Below, in pieces: positions 19,592 to 29,900 of a DNA stretch of 64,000 nucleotides. The DNA is from a virus. Each line of letters starts with the position of its first letter. The first letter of the stretch is position 1. Made by a program: the position numbers and the translations under genes. The notes beneath the pieces were generated by a model. That model did not search any database. It was not told where the DNA came from and worked only from the letters and a program-made list of their open reading frames with translations. Location of the stretch: positions 41,971 to 105,970 of the IMG/VR virus record IMGVR_UViG_3300028025_005797; one strand, given 5' to 3'.

Positions 19592-20290
19592 TTAAGGATG
19601 AGCTAACTTTGGTAAGCCTTCAAAAGCTGGACCAATTCTTTCTCCATTTTCATCTAAACCAGTCTTAATTCCTTTTGTCCAAGTCCAAGGATTCTCTGTA
19701 TTGTTTTTCATTTTTGCATTTCCGTATGAAGAGCGCGCATCCATTAGATCTGGCTTATCCCAAAGATTCTCTACAACAATTTCTGTTGATTCAAGTAAGG
19801 TATTCGGATAAATAACAAAATGCATTATAGGCATTCCTTTTGGAAAAAGGACTGGTTCTCCAACTTTTGTTATTTGCCAATTCATATTAAATTCGTCTGG
19901 CCACCAATAACTTGGTATTGATGCAGTCAGTGGAACTGCACCATCAATAAAATAATTAGGTGAACCAGATATCCAAGTGCTATATCCGTCTTCCGTATTA
20001 AAAGCCCAACCTGTAGTAAATGACATCATTCCAATGATGCTTGGGATTGCAATTGGCCTATCATCAAGTTTTTCGCCCTCCAATACTTTGGGAACTGTGT
20101 TTCCACCATCCCATTGAACTAGAACATCTTGTTGAAGAATTAGTTCCCAACCAGTAACATTAGCAACCGTTAAAGGCAGGCATTGATATGCATGCTTATT
20201 GTATGTAGCATCCATCCAATCTCTATTAAATCGAGATTGCTTTATCTCTGGTGGATTTTGAGTTGTCTTTACTAACGTTAACTTGGTCAT
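19592..20290 (-). CDS. DUF6065-like protein
   Basis: RDWMD...AYQCLPLTVANVTGWE...F.MNW.IT motif recalled for this family. Confidence 0.65.
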   Translation of the reverse strand: MTKLTLVKTTQNPPEIKQSRFNRDWMDATYNKHAYQCLPLTVANVTGWELILQQDVLVQWDGGNTVPKVLEGEKLDDRPIAIPSIIGMMSFTTGWAFNTEDGYSTWISGSPNYFIDGAVPLTASIPSYWWPDEFNMNWQITKVGEPVLFPKGMPIMHFVIYPNTLLESTEIVVENLWDKPDLMDARSSYGNAKMKNNTENPWTWTKGIKTGLDENGERIGPAFEGLPKLAHP

Positions 20291-20294
20291 CTAA

Positions 20295-21044
20295 TTACCT
20301 TGGTGGTGCATACATTATTGGCTGTGTGCCACCCTTTGATATTCCAACATTTTCAGAAACTTTTGAACCATCTGAAGCATAGCCTATTGGACCTCTATGG
20401 TTGTTATCGTTGTAGTCAAACATTGTTACTGCACTATATTTAATGCCACTAGTAACCTTTAGTGAAGCGTGGGCATAGATATAGGTTGATGGAAATATTA
20501 AAATGTCACCTTTTTGTGGCTTGAATGCAATATTTAAATAAGGGAACCAAAGCTCTCCGCCTTCATAGTCATCATTGAGATAGGCAATTGATGAGACTGT
20601 GCAGGTGTAAGAGAATCCATGATCTGTATGAACAGCAAAATGCTGATCTGCACCGTATCGAACAAAGTTAATAGCCTCCATATATTCCATTTTGAAATTA
20701 TATAAAGATTCATAATGAGTTAAGCATTGTTTGATTGCTTTTTCTGTATCTTCATAACAATTTTTTATTTCTTCAAATTCTGGAGTTAACATTGGCCAAT
20801 GCATTGGGCTCATTTTTAGATCTACGCAGTCTCTATATTCTGGCATTTTTTCATTGTAACCGACCAATGCTTCTGACCATTTAAAAAATTCATGGGTGCT
20901 ATTGCCAATAGTTTTTTCTAGTCTTTCTGGAATGTTTACATCGTCTGCAAGTGCGCCCCTATAAAGATATATTCCAAGTTTAGCGTTGTCTTCTGGATTT
21001 TTGCAAGCTCCTACATGAAAGTATTCCATATTATCTCCATTCAT
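20295..21044 (-). CDS. 2OG-Fe(II) dioxygenase, prolyl-4-hydroxylase-like
   Basis: HTD...YLNDDYEGGELWF...FPS...HASLKVTSGIKYS. Confidence 0.9.
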   Translation of the reverse strand: MNGDNMEYFHVGACKNPEDNAKLGIYLYRGALADDVNIPERLEKTIGNSTHEFFKWSEALVGYNEKMPEYRDCVDLKMSPMHWPMLTPEFEEIKNCYEDTEKAIKQCLTHYESLYNFKMEYMEAINFVRYGADQHFAVHTDHGFSYTCTVSSIAYLNDDYEGGELWFPYLNIAFKPQKGDILIFPSTYIYAHASLKVTSGIKYSAVTMFDYNDNNHRGPIGYASDGSKVSENVGISKGGTQPIMYAPPR

Positions 21045-21096
21045 TTTTAATTTATGATATGATTATTATACCACAACTTCAAGTCTAGGGGTTATT

Positions 21097-21729
21097 ATGT
21101 TTAATACAAATGACAAGTCATTAATTCTACCAGGACATTTTGGTTCTTCATCTGACAATATAAAAATTATTAAAAATTTTGTTGAATTAGAAGATCTAAA
21201 AAAAATACAGTCTTTTCTACCTACAATTAATGAATGGATGGATGCAGGAGAAAACACCTATTCCGAGGATGGTACATGTACTTATGATGCTTCTTATTGG
21301 TCAAATCGCCAATGTAGTTATGATATCCTATCTAGGATTAATTTAGATATTTGCAATTTAGTGGACAAGTATATATTGAAAATGAAATACTTTTTAGAGG
21401 ATAGCTTTAATGTTAAGCTCTCCGTTAGGCCACCGGTTATCATTAGATGGTTTCCGGGTCTAGAACAGCAGCCTCATGCAGACAAGCAGCTGAACAATGG
21501 TTTACCTAATCCATTCCCCACGTATGATTTAAATTCACTAATTTATTACAATGATGAATTTGAAGGCGGAGAGCTTTATTATCCACAACATGATATTGTT
21601 GTTAAACCAGAACCTGGTCTTGCGGTTGCTCATCCTGGTGATATTAATTATCTTCATGGCGTCAAAATGGTAACATCTGGAGAAAGATTTACCACACCAT
21701 CTTTTTACACTATTACTGAATTAATATAA
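21097..21729 (+). CDS. 2OG-Fe(II) dioxygenase, prolyl-4-hydroxylase-like (only credible + strand gene)
   Basis: HAD...YYNDEFEGGELYYP...HGVKMVTSGERFT. Confidence 0.9.
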   Translation: MFNTNDKSLILPGHFGSSSDNIKIIKNFVELEDLKKIQSFLPTINEWMDAGENTYSEDGTCTYDASYWSNRQCSYDILSRINLDICNLVDKYILKMKYFLEDSFNVKLSVRPPVIIRWFPGLEQQPHADKQLNNGLPNPFPTYDLNSLIYYNDEFEGGELYYPQHDIVVKPEPGLAVAHPGDINYLHGVKMVTSGERFTTPSFYTITELI

Positions 21730-21751
21730 ATAAATTTATTTCCAATTAGAT

Positions 21752-21781
21752 AACCCACCCTTTTTACGGGGTGGGTTTTTC
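21752..21781. terminator. Terminator hairpin between convergent genes
   Basis: AACCCACCC-TTTTTAC-GGGGTGGGTT followed by a T run. Confidence 0.75.
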
Positions 21782-21791
21782 TATTTATCTA

Positions 21792-22275
21792 TTACTTGAA
21801 TGCTGGTGGGAAGTAAGGTGGGAAATATGGTGGGAAGTATGGTGGGAAGAATGGTGGGAAAAACGGTGGGAAATAAGGCGGGAAGAATGGTGGGAAAAAC
21901 GGTGGGAAATAAGGCGGGAAGAATGGTGGGAAAAACGGTGGAAAATAAGGCGGGAAGAATGGTGGAAAAAACGGTGGGAAATAAGGCGGGAAGAAAGGTG
22001 GAAAGAATGGAGGAAAGTAAGGACTATTAATAACGTAGTCTATAGCTGTACCAAGTGGTACAACAGTTGTGTCAGTAAGCGCTGTTGCTACTGTATCTAA
22101 TGTAGTTCCAGTATTTACTGTATTAGCAGCACCAGGTACTGCGGTTACGTTTCCAACTGTAAATCCAACACTAGTTATAGCTGTATTAGCGTCAGCTTTA
22201 GCGGTTCCGTGCAGCTATAGTAGGTTTAGCTCTTTTTCTTTTAGACTTTGGACCTTCGCTATTATTTATAGCCAT
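21792..22275 (-). CDS. PASTA-like domain + 18x (F/Y)FPP repeat protein (160 aa with +1 shift at CGG 22209-22207); absent from the ORF track
   Basis: MAINNSEGPKSKRKRAKPTIAA-G-TAKADANTAITSVGFTVGNV...VPLGTAIDYVINSP(YFPP/FFPP)18AFK*. Confidence 0.8.
21804..22019. repeat. 18 x 12-bp coding tandem repeat with 36-bp higher-order period
   Basis: NGGYGGRAARWA-like units; variation is confined to synonymous or F/Y positions in the - strand frame. Confidence 0.95.
22206..22209 (-). other. +1 recoding site CGGA (codon 23, PASTA-FFPP)
   Basis: GCA CGG AAC CGC TAA vs GCA [C]GGA ACC GCT. Confidence 0.85.
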
Positions 22276-22276
22276 A

Positions 22277-24850
22277 TTATGCGCTCAAATCTCCTAGGGC
22301 TACCCAAGTATTAGCAGCTCTCTTTACTAGTGTAGCAGATGACCATTGAGTGCGCAACTTGGCTCCTGGAGTAGTATTTAAAGTTACGCCTGCCCCAGCT
22401 GTTAGGGTTATCTGACCAGTGTTTGTTTGCAAAATTACAATAGTTGCTCCAGTAGCAAAGTTAACACTGTTATCTGCTGGAATAGTTAGAGTAGTTGCTG
22501 ATGTATTTGATATTTCGACCATTTTATTTTTATCGCCTAACACCAAAGTATAGCTTGCTGTTTGTTGATTTAAAATTGTATCTGCAATCTTATTCTGTTC
22601 GATAGCCGCATTTGCTGCTATGTTAACATTAACGACTGTTCCTTCAGCAATCATTGCACTTGTTACAGTATTAGCAGGTAGTGTTACAGTTCCAGTAAAA
22701 GTTGGACCATCGATAGGAGCGTAATAGGCACTGCTTTGTCCGTCAAGTAGATCGGCGTTGAGATTTGTAACAACAGTAGTTGAAGCTACCGTAAATGGAG
22801 CTGTTCCAGTTGCAACAGTACTTTCAAATGTATTAGCCACAACATCAGCAGCTGCATATGAACCGTGTGCTGTGTTAATTGGAGCTGTTGGCTCTACTGT
22901 TAAACCCTTAAAAAATTTAAACTTATGACTATCTGAAGCGTCGCTAAATAACCCAGCGTGACGGTATGTTCCATCGTTATAGTTACCAGCAAAACCAAGA
23001 TCTGGGTCAGTGATTTCAGAACCACCATTTAAATAAATAAGTGGGTCAGATATGTTAAGACTTGTTTGATTAACGGTTGTTGTCGTTCCTGTTACGATTA
23101 AGTTTCCACCAACAGTAACATTTCCATCAGTTGAAATAGTTCCAAATGAAACGCTTGCATTAGTTGCAACTGACTGTCCAATAGATATCGTTGGAGTGGT
23201 GGTTCCTGAAATCGTTACTCCAGTTCCTCCAGTTACAGAAGTAACTGGAGCAGTGCCATTTGAAGCTGCTGTAAGTTGACCTTGTGCATTTACTGTAATA
23301 CTAGGATACGTATAAGAACCTGCAGTTACCGCGGTGTTTGTGATGGAAACATTTGCAGTAGAACCCTCACCTTGAGTGTGGCTAATTGTTATACCGGTAC
23401 CAGCGGTTACATCGGAAACATAATTTCCAACTGTGTCAGTTCCTAAATCGATTAAATCATTAACCCAAGCTGAGCCATTATATTTAAGGAAATTACCAGA
23501 TGCTAAATCTGTAATTGTAACTCCAGTAATGTCGTCAATACTATTAAGGGCTGGAATTAATTCATTAATCCAAGCTGAACCATTATATTTTAAGAATTGA
23601 CCAGGTGTTGCTGTTGTAATTGTTACATCGCCAACATCATCAAGGTTGTTAATAATTGGAATAGAAGCCCACTCAATTCCAACTCCAGCACTTGAATTTG
23701 CTCTTAGGAAATGCCCATTAGTGCCAACTGATAATTTACTAAAAGTATCATCTGCTGAACCAACAATGATATCTCCCTTTGCATCGAGAATAGACTTTTG
23801 GATAAATATATTAGCAGCTGAGTTAGCTGCATTGCTTTCTGCTATCAAAGCTCTTGCTTGAACAAATTCAGTTGTAGCTATTTGAGTTGTACTTGTACTT
23901 GCATTTGGTGCTGTTGGTGCTGTTGGTGTTCCAGTTAAGACTGAGTTAGCAGAAAGAGCAAAGCCGGTAAAATCAACCGATGCGCTTCTAACTCCAGTTA
24001 CTCTGCCATAAGAGTCTGTAGCTACGTTATCTACAAATGTAGTTGTATTTGACCCACCATTTGAGGTAACATTTACTGTAGCAAGATCGATTGAATTTGC
24101 GTTTACTTGGATTCTAGCAGCGTCTGCCGAAATAACATTAATGACATATCCAGTTCTAGTTAGTCCAGCTCCAGCTTGTGTTGCTGCAGTACCCGCAAAG
24201 ATGGAATAAGTGATATTGTCAACGCCAATACTTATCTGACCGCCGGTTCCAGTTCCTTCTGATGTAACAACATAAGAGTTACCTACAGTAGCTGCACCGT
24301 TTACAACGTAAACTGCATCACCAGGTTTTACTTCTCCAGCAGGGCTATTGTCTGCGTCTTCACGGCGTGTTAAAACAAAATACGCTGAAGCGCCACCAGT
24401 ATTAGTTATCGTATATATGCCATTTTGTTTTGCATCAACTTGATCCTTAATTAAGAGTGACTCACCCTGTTCTACGGTTGCTCCATCTACCACTAGAGCT
24501 CCAAAAGCATTTCCTGTAAGCGTTGCGCCAACTCCACTAGTTCCATTGTTATACGTACATGCTGGGAGTGCTTCATTCGTTCCCCAAGCAACTGCAGCAT
24601 GCCAGTTTGTTCCAGCAGCTAGTGCATCTACGTAACCTCTTGTTGCCAAATCAGTAGAAGTTGTTCCAGCATTTGAGGCTACTACTGAAGCCACTGTTAG
24701 TACTCCATTTGCTGATATGCTGCCTATGTTTCCTGATGCATTTTGAAATTGAATCAAAGCAGGGGCTGTAGCATTAGCTGCTGCTTTAACTATAAAAGAT
24801 TCATCATAAACTGTAATTTCAGGGGCGGTTTCAATTCTTAGACGGGCCAT
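22277..24850 (-). CDS. Tail fibre-like protein (857 aa)
   Basis: G/T/A/N-rich; ATRGYVD, LTGTPTAPT and LDDxxDV..GQFLKYNGSAWxN repeats. Confidence 0.8.
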   Translation of the reverse strand: MARLRIETAPEITVYDESFIVKAAANATAPALIQFQNASGNIGSISANGVLTVASVVASNAGTTSTDLATRGYVDALAAGTNWHAAVAWGTNEALPACTYNNGTSGVGATLTGNAFGALVVDGATVEQGESLLIKDQVDAKQNGIYTITNTGGASAYFVLTRREDADNSPAGEVKPGDAVYVVNGAATVGNSYVVTSEGTGTGGQISIGVDNITYSIFAGTAATQAGAGLTRTGYVINVISADAARIQVNANSIDLATVNVTSNGGSNTTTFVDNVATDSYGRVTGVRSASVDFTGFALSANSVLTGTPTAPTAPNASTSTTQIATTEFVQARALIAESNAANSAANIFIQKSILDAKGDIIVGSADDTFSKLSVGTNGHFLRANSSAGVGIEWASIPIINNLDDVGDVTITTATPGQFLKYNGSAWINELIPALNSIDDITGVTITDLASGNFLKYNGSAWVNDLIDLGTDTVGNYVSDVTAGTGITISHTQGEGSTANVSITNTAVTAGSYTYPSITVNAQGQLTAASNGTAPVTSVTGGTGVTISGTTTPTISIGQSVATNASVSFGTISTDGNVTVGGNLIVTGTTTTVNQTSLNISDPLIYLNGGSEITDPDLGFAGNYNDGTYRHAGLFSDASDSHKFKFFKGLTVEPTAPINTAHGSYAAADVVANTFESTVATGTAPFTVASTTVVTNLNADLLDGQSSAYYAPIDGPTFTGTVTLPANTVTSAMIAEGTVVNVNIAANAAIEQNKIADTILNQQTASYTLVLGDKNKMVEISNTSATTLTIPADNSVNFATGATIVILQTNTGQITLTAGAGVTLNTTPGAKLRTQWSSATLVKRAANTWVALGDLSA

Positions 24851-24884
24851 ATCTCTCCTAGTGTGAGATTTTAAACAACTAGGA

Positions 24885-24893
24885 ATATAGTAA
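24885..24893 (-). promoter_or_regulatory. Putative late-promoter box TTACTATAT upstream of a fibre gene
   Basis: Recurrent intergenic motif. Confidence 0.6.
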
Positions 24894-24909
24894 TAGGTAA
24901 ACTATGAAA

Positions 24910-25716
24910 TTATTGGGTTATTCTCTTTAAAAACTCAAGCATCTTGCCAGTATATTTAATGCGCCCGAAATGAGTTAGATTGATGGTTGGATCAACCCAA
25001 ATTTTTCCAGCCATTTTTTGCCAATATCTGCAAAATCCATAGTCTTCAGATAGGAATCTTCCGTCATCATCTACATAAGAATTAAATAATGCATAGGAGT
25101 TTTCCCTTTCTGCGCCGGACAAAGCTCCAGTATCATCATTGTATTTAAGCTTCTTATACTTTTTAAACATCTTGTCAAATACTTGACGCTTAATTAACAT
25201 AAAGCCAGTTCCGGCCTCATAACATTCGATTGCGCCGTTTTCAATATTTAATTGATTCTCCCCGGGCTTAGTCATATGAACTACGTATCTAGTTGCATAC
25301 TCCATAAGGTCAGTTGCTGGCAAATCTGCCTGAGCTCCTTCTTTTACCTTGTCCCAACTTATTTCCTTAATTGGATAGGAAGCTGTTATGACATCTTTGT
25401 CATGCCAAAGCATTTTAAGAACAGCTTCTTTATCGAATTGAAGGTCTACGTCAATAAATATCAAATGAGTATATTCTGGATTACCCATAAACTTGGCAAC
25501 AAGATTGTTTCTTGCGCGGTTAATTAAAGAATCTGATATAGTGCAAACTGAATACTTTAAACCAATTTCTTTAAAATAAAGAGCTGTTTGCAGGAAGCTC
25601 ATCATGAAAGGTTCAGTTACGTGAGAGTCGTAACATGGAAGAGCAAAGAAAATGTGCCAGTTATCAAGCTGTTCTTTTGAAATTGTAATATTAATTGGTT
25701 GTTCTTCTACGGGCAT
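24910..25716 (-). CDS. Glycosyltransferase (GT-A/GT2-like)
   Basis: SLINRARN...LIFIDVD...AGTGFMLIKRQVF...LSEDYGFC. Confidence 0.8.
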   Translation of the reverse strand: MPVEEQPINITISKEQLDNWHIFFALPCYDSHVTEPFMMSFLQTALYFKEIGLKYSVCTISDSLINRARNNLVAKFMGNPEYTHLIFIDVDLQFDKEAVLKMLWHDKDVITASYPIKEISWDKVKEGAQADLPATDLMEYATRYVVHMTKPGENQLNIENGAIECYEAGTGFMLIKRQVFDKMFKKYKKLKYNDDTGALSGAERENSYALFNSYVDDDGRFLSEDYGFCRYWQKMAGKIWVDPTINLTHFGRIKYTGKMLEFLKRITQ

Positions 25717-25722
25717 AGAAAA

Positions 25723-25751
25723 ATATTAGCTTATATATAATCAGTTGTCAA
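25723..25751 (-). promoter_or_regulatory. Sigma70/SigA-type promoter, probably leaderless
   Basis: TTGACA (25751-25746), 17-nt spacer, TAATAT (25728-25723), 6 nt, ATG 25716. Confidence 0.7.
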
Positions 25752-25754
25752 GTC

Positions 25755-26111
25755 TTATTTGGGCATTTCAAACGCATCCCAAGTTTGAGTATCCTCATTC
25801 CAAGTATAAAAACCTTCTTCGGGGCGAGCGACAGGAGGTTGCCAATCTTGGTTCTCATCCAAAGTCCAACTGCCATAAGGTTGTGGCGATATGAAAACAT
25901 TGGATTCACGGTCATATGTGTAACCTTGTCCTGCGTACTGTTTTCTAAAATTGTTGTTGTAACTGGTTTGAACCCACTCACCACCAAAAAGGTTGTGACA
26001 AAACTCGACACCCTTGGACTCAGATTCAACACCATCAACCATTAGTTCGTTATTGTTCACAACAATTACCTGTGTAACAACCCCATCAATTATTTGTGCA
26101 AAATGTGCCAT
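25755..26111 (-). CDS. Hypothetical protein (MAHFAQI...WVQTSYN...YAG.GY.YD type), probably fibre-associated
   Basis: Coupled to the Gly-rich gene. Confidence 0.65.
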   Translation of the reverse strand: MAHFAQIIDGVVTQVIVVNNNELMVDGVESESKGVEFCHNLFGGEWVQTSYNNNFRKQYAGQGYTYDRESNVFISPQPYGSWTLDENQDWQPPVARPEEGFYTWNEDTQTWDAFEMPK

Positions 26112-26956
26112 TAGAAAGTAATACTTCCAGAACCAGTAAATGTATATACTCGGTATCCGGGACGGCTTATGATGCTAACCGTTGGGGAACCAGTAGTTGA
26201 TGTTGCCGCAGGAAAAGAAGTTGGATATGCAATAATTACTACACCCGAACCTCCAGAACCAGGACTTTGTCCGCAAGCCATTGTTATTCCACTAGCTCCA
26301 CCACCACCACCACCTGTATTTGGTGACCCAGAGCTTGCATTATTACAACCAGAATTTGCATTGCCTCCTCCGCCAGCTCCACCTAAGCCACCAGTTGCAC
26401 TGCTTTCGTGAGCTCCACCACCTCCACCGCCACCGTAGCGTGTTGATGTTCCTGTTATAGAAGAAAGAGCACCTATACCGCCGGCACCACCGTTACCAGC
26501 GCCACCTGTTGCATTACCTCCAGTTGCACCTGCTCCACCGCCTCCGCCAGCATTCATACCTGAAGCAGCACCACCATTGCTTCCTTGACCAGCTGTTCCA
26601 GAAGCTCCACCTTGATTAGAACGTCCACCGCCTCCTCCGGAAGCACCACTGCCTGGTGCTCCGTTATCTCCTCCACCATATCCACCGCCATTGCTAGTGA
26701 TACTAAATGCAGAAGATGCTGTTCCAGCTCCACCAGCTCCACCACCAGGACCAATAGTGATGGTATATGTTGTGCCAGTTGATATTAACGCCGTGCCAGC
26801 TTTTACACCACCAGCACCGCCGCCTCCACCACCAGCCCAAGTTCCGCCGCCTCCACCGCCGCCTACAATTAAATATTCAACAGAACTTAGTTTACTTAAT
26901 TTTGTAAAACCAAACTTTTTTGATGATCCATTTGAAAATGAATTAAAGAATGGCAT
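26111..26956 (-). CDS. Glycine-rich fibre/tip protein
   Basis: VEYLIVGGGGGGG...GGSGVVIIAY...YTFTGSGSITF. Confidence 0.75.
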   Translation of the reverse strand: MPFFNSFSNGSSKKFGFTKLSKLSSVEYLIVGGGGGGGTWAGGGGGGAGGVKAGTALISTGTTYTITIGPGGGAGGAGTASSAFSITSNGGGYGGGDNGAPGSGASGGGGGRSNQGGASGTAGQGSNGGAASGMNAGGGGGAGATGGNATGGAGNGGAGGIGALSSITGTSTRYGGGGGGGAHESSATGGLGGAGGGGNANSGCNNASSGSPNTGGGGGGASGITMACGQSPGSGGSGVVIIAYPTSFPAATSTTGSPTVSIISRPGYRVYTFTGSGSITF

Positions 26957-26958
26957 AG

Positions 26959-29900
26959 CTATGCGAATTTAGTTTGGCTTGCAAATGCTGTGTAAGTATT
27001 TGCTGCAGTTTTTACTACTGTCACAGCATAAGTATCTATTGATGATGCGTTTCCAGAAGTTGGAGCTGTGCCACCTTGCCATTTTGGAGTAACTGCTGTG
27101 CCATCAATTTGATAAACTGTTGGATAATATGCAGTTGCGCCTTGCTGAGCCATGAATGTTACTGTAGCTACATCACCTGTTGACATAACAGTATTCATTG
27201 TAGTTGTATTGTTTCCTCTAATATTCAATGTCCAGTTTGCTGTTGCGTTTGCTGTGTAATAAACTACTGGATTTGATAAGAAGTCAATGTTTACTGTGCC
27301 CGTTGCTGCAGTTGCAGAAACTGATGCTATTTCTAGTGCTGTTGTGATCTTTAAAGAGCCATTAACAGTTAAGTTGGTAAATACTGGACTTGTAGAATTA
27401 CCAGTTGATTGACTCAATGCAATAGGGCTAGTAACGCCAGCTCCTGTTGTGGTTAGATCAATAAAAGCACCTCGTGCAGAGCCACCGGCTTCAAATAAAC
27501 GTAACCTATTTTGGTATACATCAACAAGTATGCCAGTACCGGAAATTGAAGTATTTGTTATTGGTTTTGCCAATAATATTTCGCCACCTTCATCGCCAGA
27601 TGCGTAGTTAACAATTAATCCGTTACTTCCTGTTGTCGTTATACTTGCAAAGGTCGGAGTTGCAGATGTGGCCACTGATTGACCAATTGCTATAGTTGGA
27701 GTTGTGCCTTCACCGGAATTATTTGAAAGTGTAATACCTGTCCCAGCAACAAGCGATGCGACATAGTCTCCAGTTGTATGAGTTCCTAATGTTACACCAT
27801 TTGTCTTTATGGTCAGAGCACCAGCATCCATGTACATGACGTTTTCATCAAGGCGAACAACTCCAGCAACAGAAGCGCTTGCATATGCATGTAGTTCAGT
27901 CGATATGCCAGTTACTCTACCATATGAATCAACGGTCACGGTGGGTATGTTTACTGCGTTTGCCGAAGAAGAGTAAGAGCCAGTGAATGGAACTATTTCA
28001 AGAGCTGCGGTGAGGTGGAACGTAAAACCAGTTGGGAAAGATGGGCTACCTACAATTGTTTGAACGTCTACTGTAACTGCAAAACCAGAAGTGGTATCAA
28101 TGTCGGTAATGGGTCCAATAACGTAATTACTATCGTCTTCTTGTACTCGTACACGGTCACCTACAACAAATGCACCAATATCATCGGTTTCAAAAACCCA
28201 TTCAGTTGATGGAGCACTAGGAATAGATACAAATATGGCTGTGCCAATTGCATAACCAACTCCGTCTGTACCATCTGCTCCATCCGCTCCATCCGCACCA
28301 TCGGCACCTGGCGCTCCAGCCGCACCGGTTTCACCTGGAGGTCCTGCTTCACCGTCAGCACCGTCTGAGCCATCTGCACCAGGGGGTCCTGCTTCACCGT
28401 CAGCACCGTCTGCACCGTCTGCACCGTCTGCACCAGGGGGTCCAACAACTAGTGATGGAACCCAAGCAGAACCGTTCCATTGAAGAACTTCACCAAAAGA
28501 TGGTGTTGCCGCACTGACATCAGTTAGGTTATCCAATGAGGCATTTAATGCTACTGTTGGAGTTGCGCCTTCACCAGGGGTAAAGTTAACCAAAATACCA
28601 GTTCCAGCGGAAATGCCAGACATGTAGTTTCCAGTGGTATCTGTGCCAAGATCTATTGTATCATTAACCCAAACCGAACCGTTGTACTTTAAAAAGTCAC
28701 CTGCAGTTTTATCAACGATAGAAACATCGTGTAGTTCGTCTAATTCATAACCGTTTTGAGTGGCTACATAAATGATTCCGTTATTGGTTGCACGGACAAC
28801 AACACCAACAAATACCAAATGGTCTGGTGCAGTTGGTTTGGTTTTGGTAAACGCACCGTTTTCGCCAAGCCACAAGACATCACCAGAAGCATAACCAACG
28901 GACAAGTCAATACCATCAACATAACCACGAGTGACAACTGGGCCATTTTCTGATGCTGCGATTGATGCGCCAACAAGACCAACCGTTTTTGATGATGTGG
29001 ACTCAGCATTGTGATCCGCTCTTTTTACTGTTGCATGATCTCCTGTTGCACCAAATAGGTAAACAACAGTTCCCGTAGTCAGGGTAGTTGCTTCAGCATT
29101 TCTGACATAAGAAGCAACAGGTTGGAATCCGTTTACCCAGTTGGTGCCGTTGTATGCGAGACCTTGGAACTCTTCTGGGCTAGTAACAACAACATCACTC
29201 AAACCATTAAGAGTGGTTGAACCCACTGTAGAAGCAGCGACATTGACCCATGCAGTTCCATCCCATTGAAGAACTTCACCTATATTTGGAGTAGCAGCAG
29301 ATACATCACTGATGTCATCAAGTTTATTAATTCCAGCACCACCTGGTGCACTGGAATTAACCCAGTTTGTCCCATTCCAGCTAAGAAATTGTCCATTTGA
29401 TGGAGAAGTTATAGAAATATCATCTAACATATCTAGGGTTACTTCATCGTTGAAGAATTTACTTCCGCCTAAAGATTTATAGATACCTATTTTTCTAGAA
29501 TTTGCTGTTGGTGGAGAAGAAAAAATAATCTTAGCGGTATTAGCGGTTGTTGCTTCCCATCTTACTGAAACAAATTCATATGGACTTGTTGCTGACCTGC
29601 AAGTTGCTCCAATATCTCTAGTATCTAGATTGTGAGTTATTGTAAATTCATTATTAGTTCCATCACCAATAGTTGAAAAATAAGAATTATTTATATCCAA
29701 TAAATAAACAGATGCTATTAAAGATGCTGCTTCTGGCGCTGCTGAAAAATCTAAAGTAACTGAATTTAAACTTGTTGCGTAACTTAATACCTCAACAACT
29801 TCAAATGGAGAGTCGACGTTTCTTATGACCGGAACTATATTTCTAGAATTAAGACCATGGTTTACAACTATTGTTGAATTTGATCCATCTCCTATTACAG

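Noticed and set aside
21800-22025. CRISPR array, or + strand Trp/Glu-rich ORFs (21771..22100, 21800..22030)
   Set aside because: These are contiguous 12-bp repeats without spacers, and their variation is synonymous in the - strand FFPP frame; the + ORFs are shadows.
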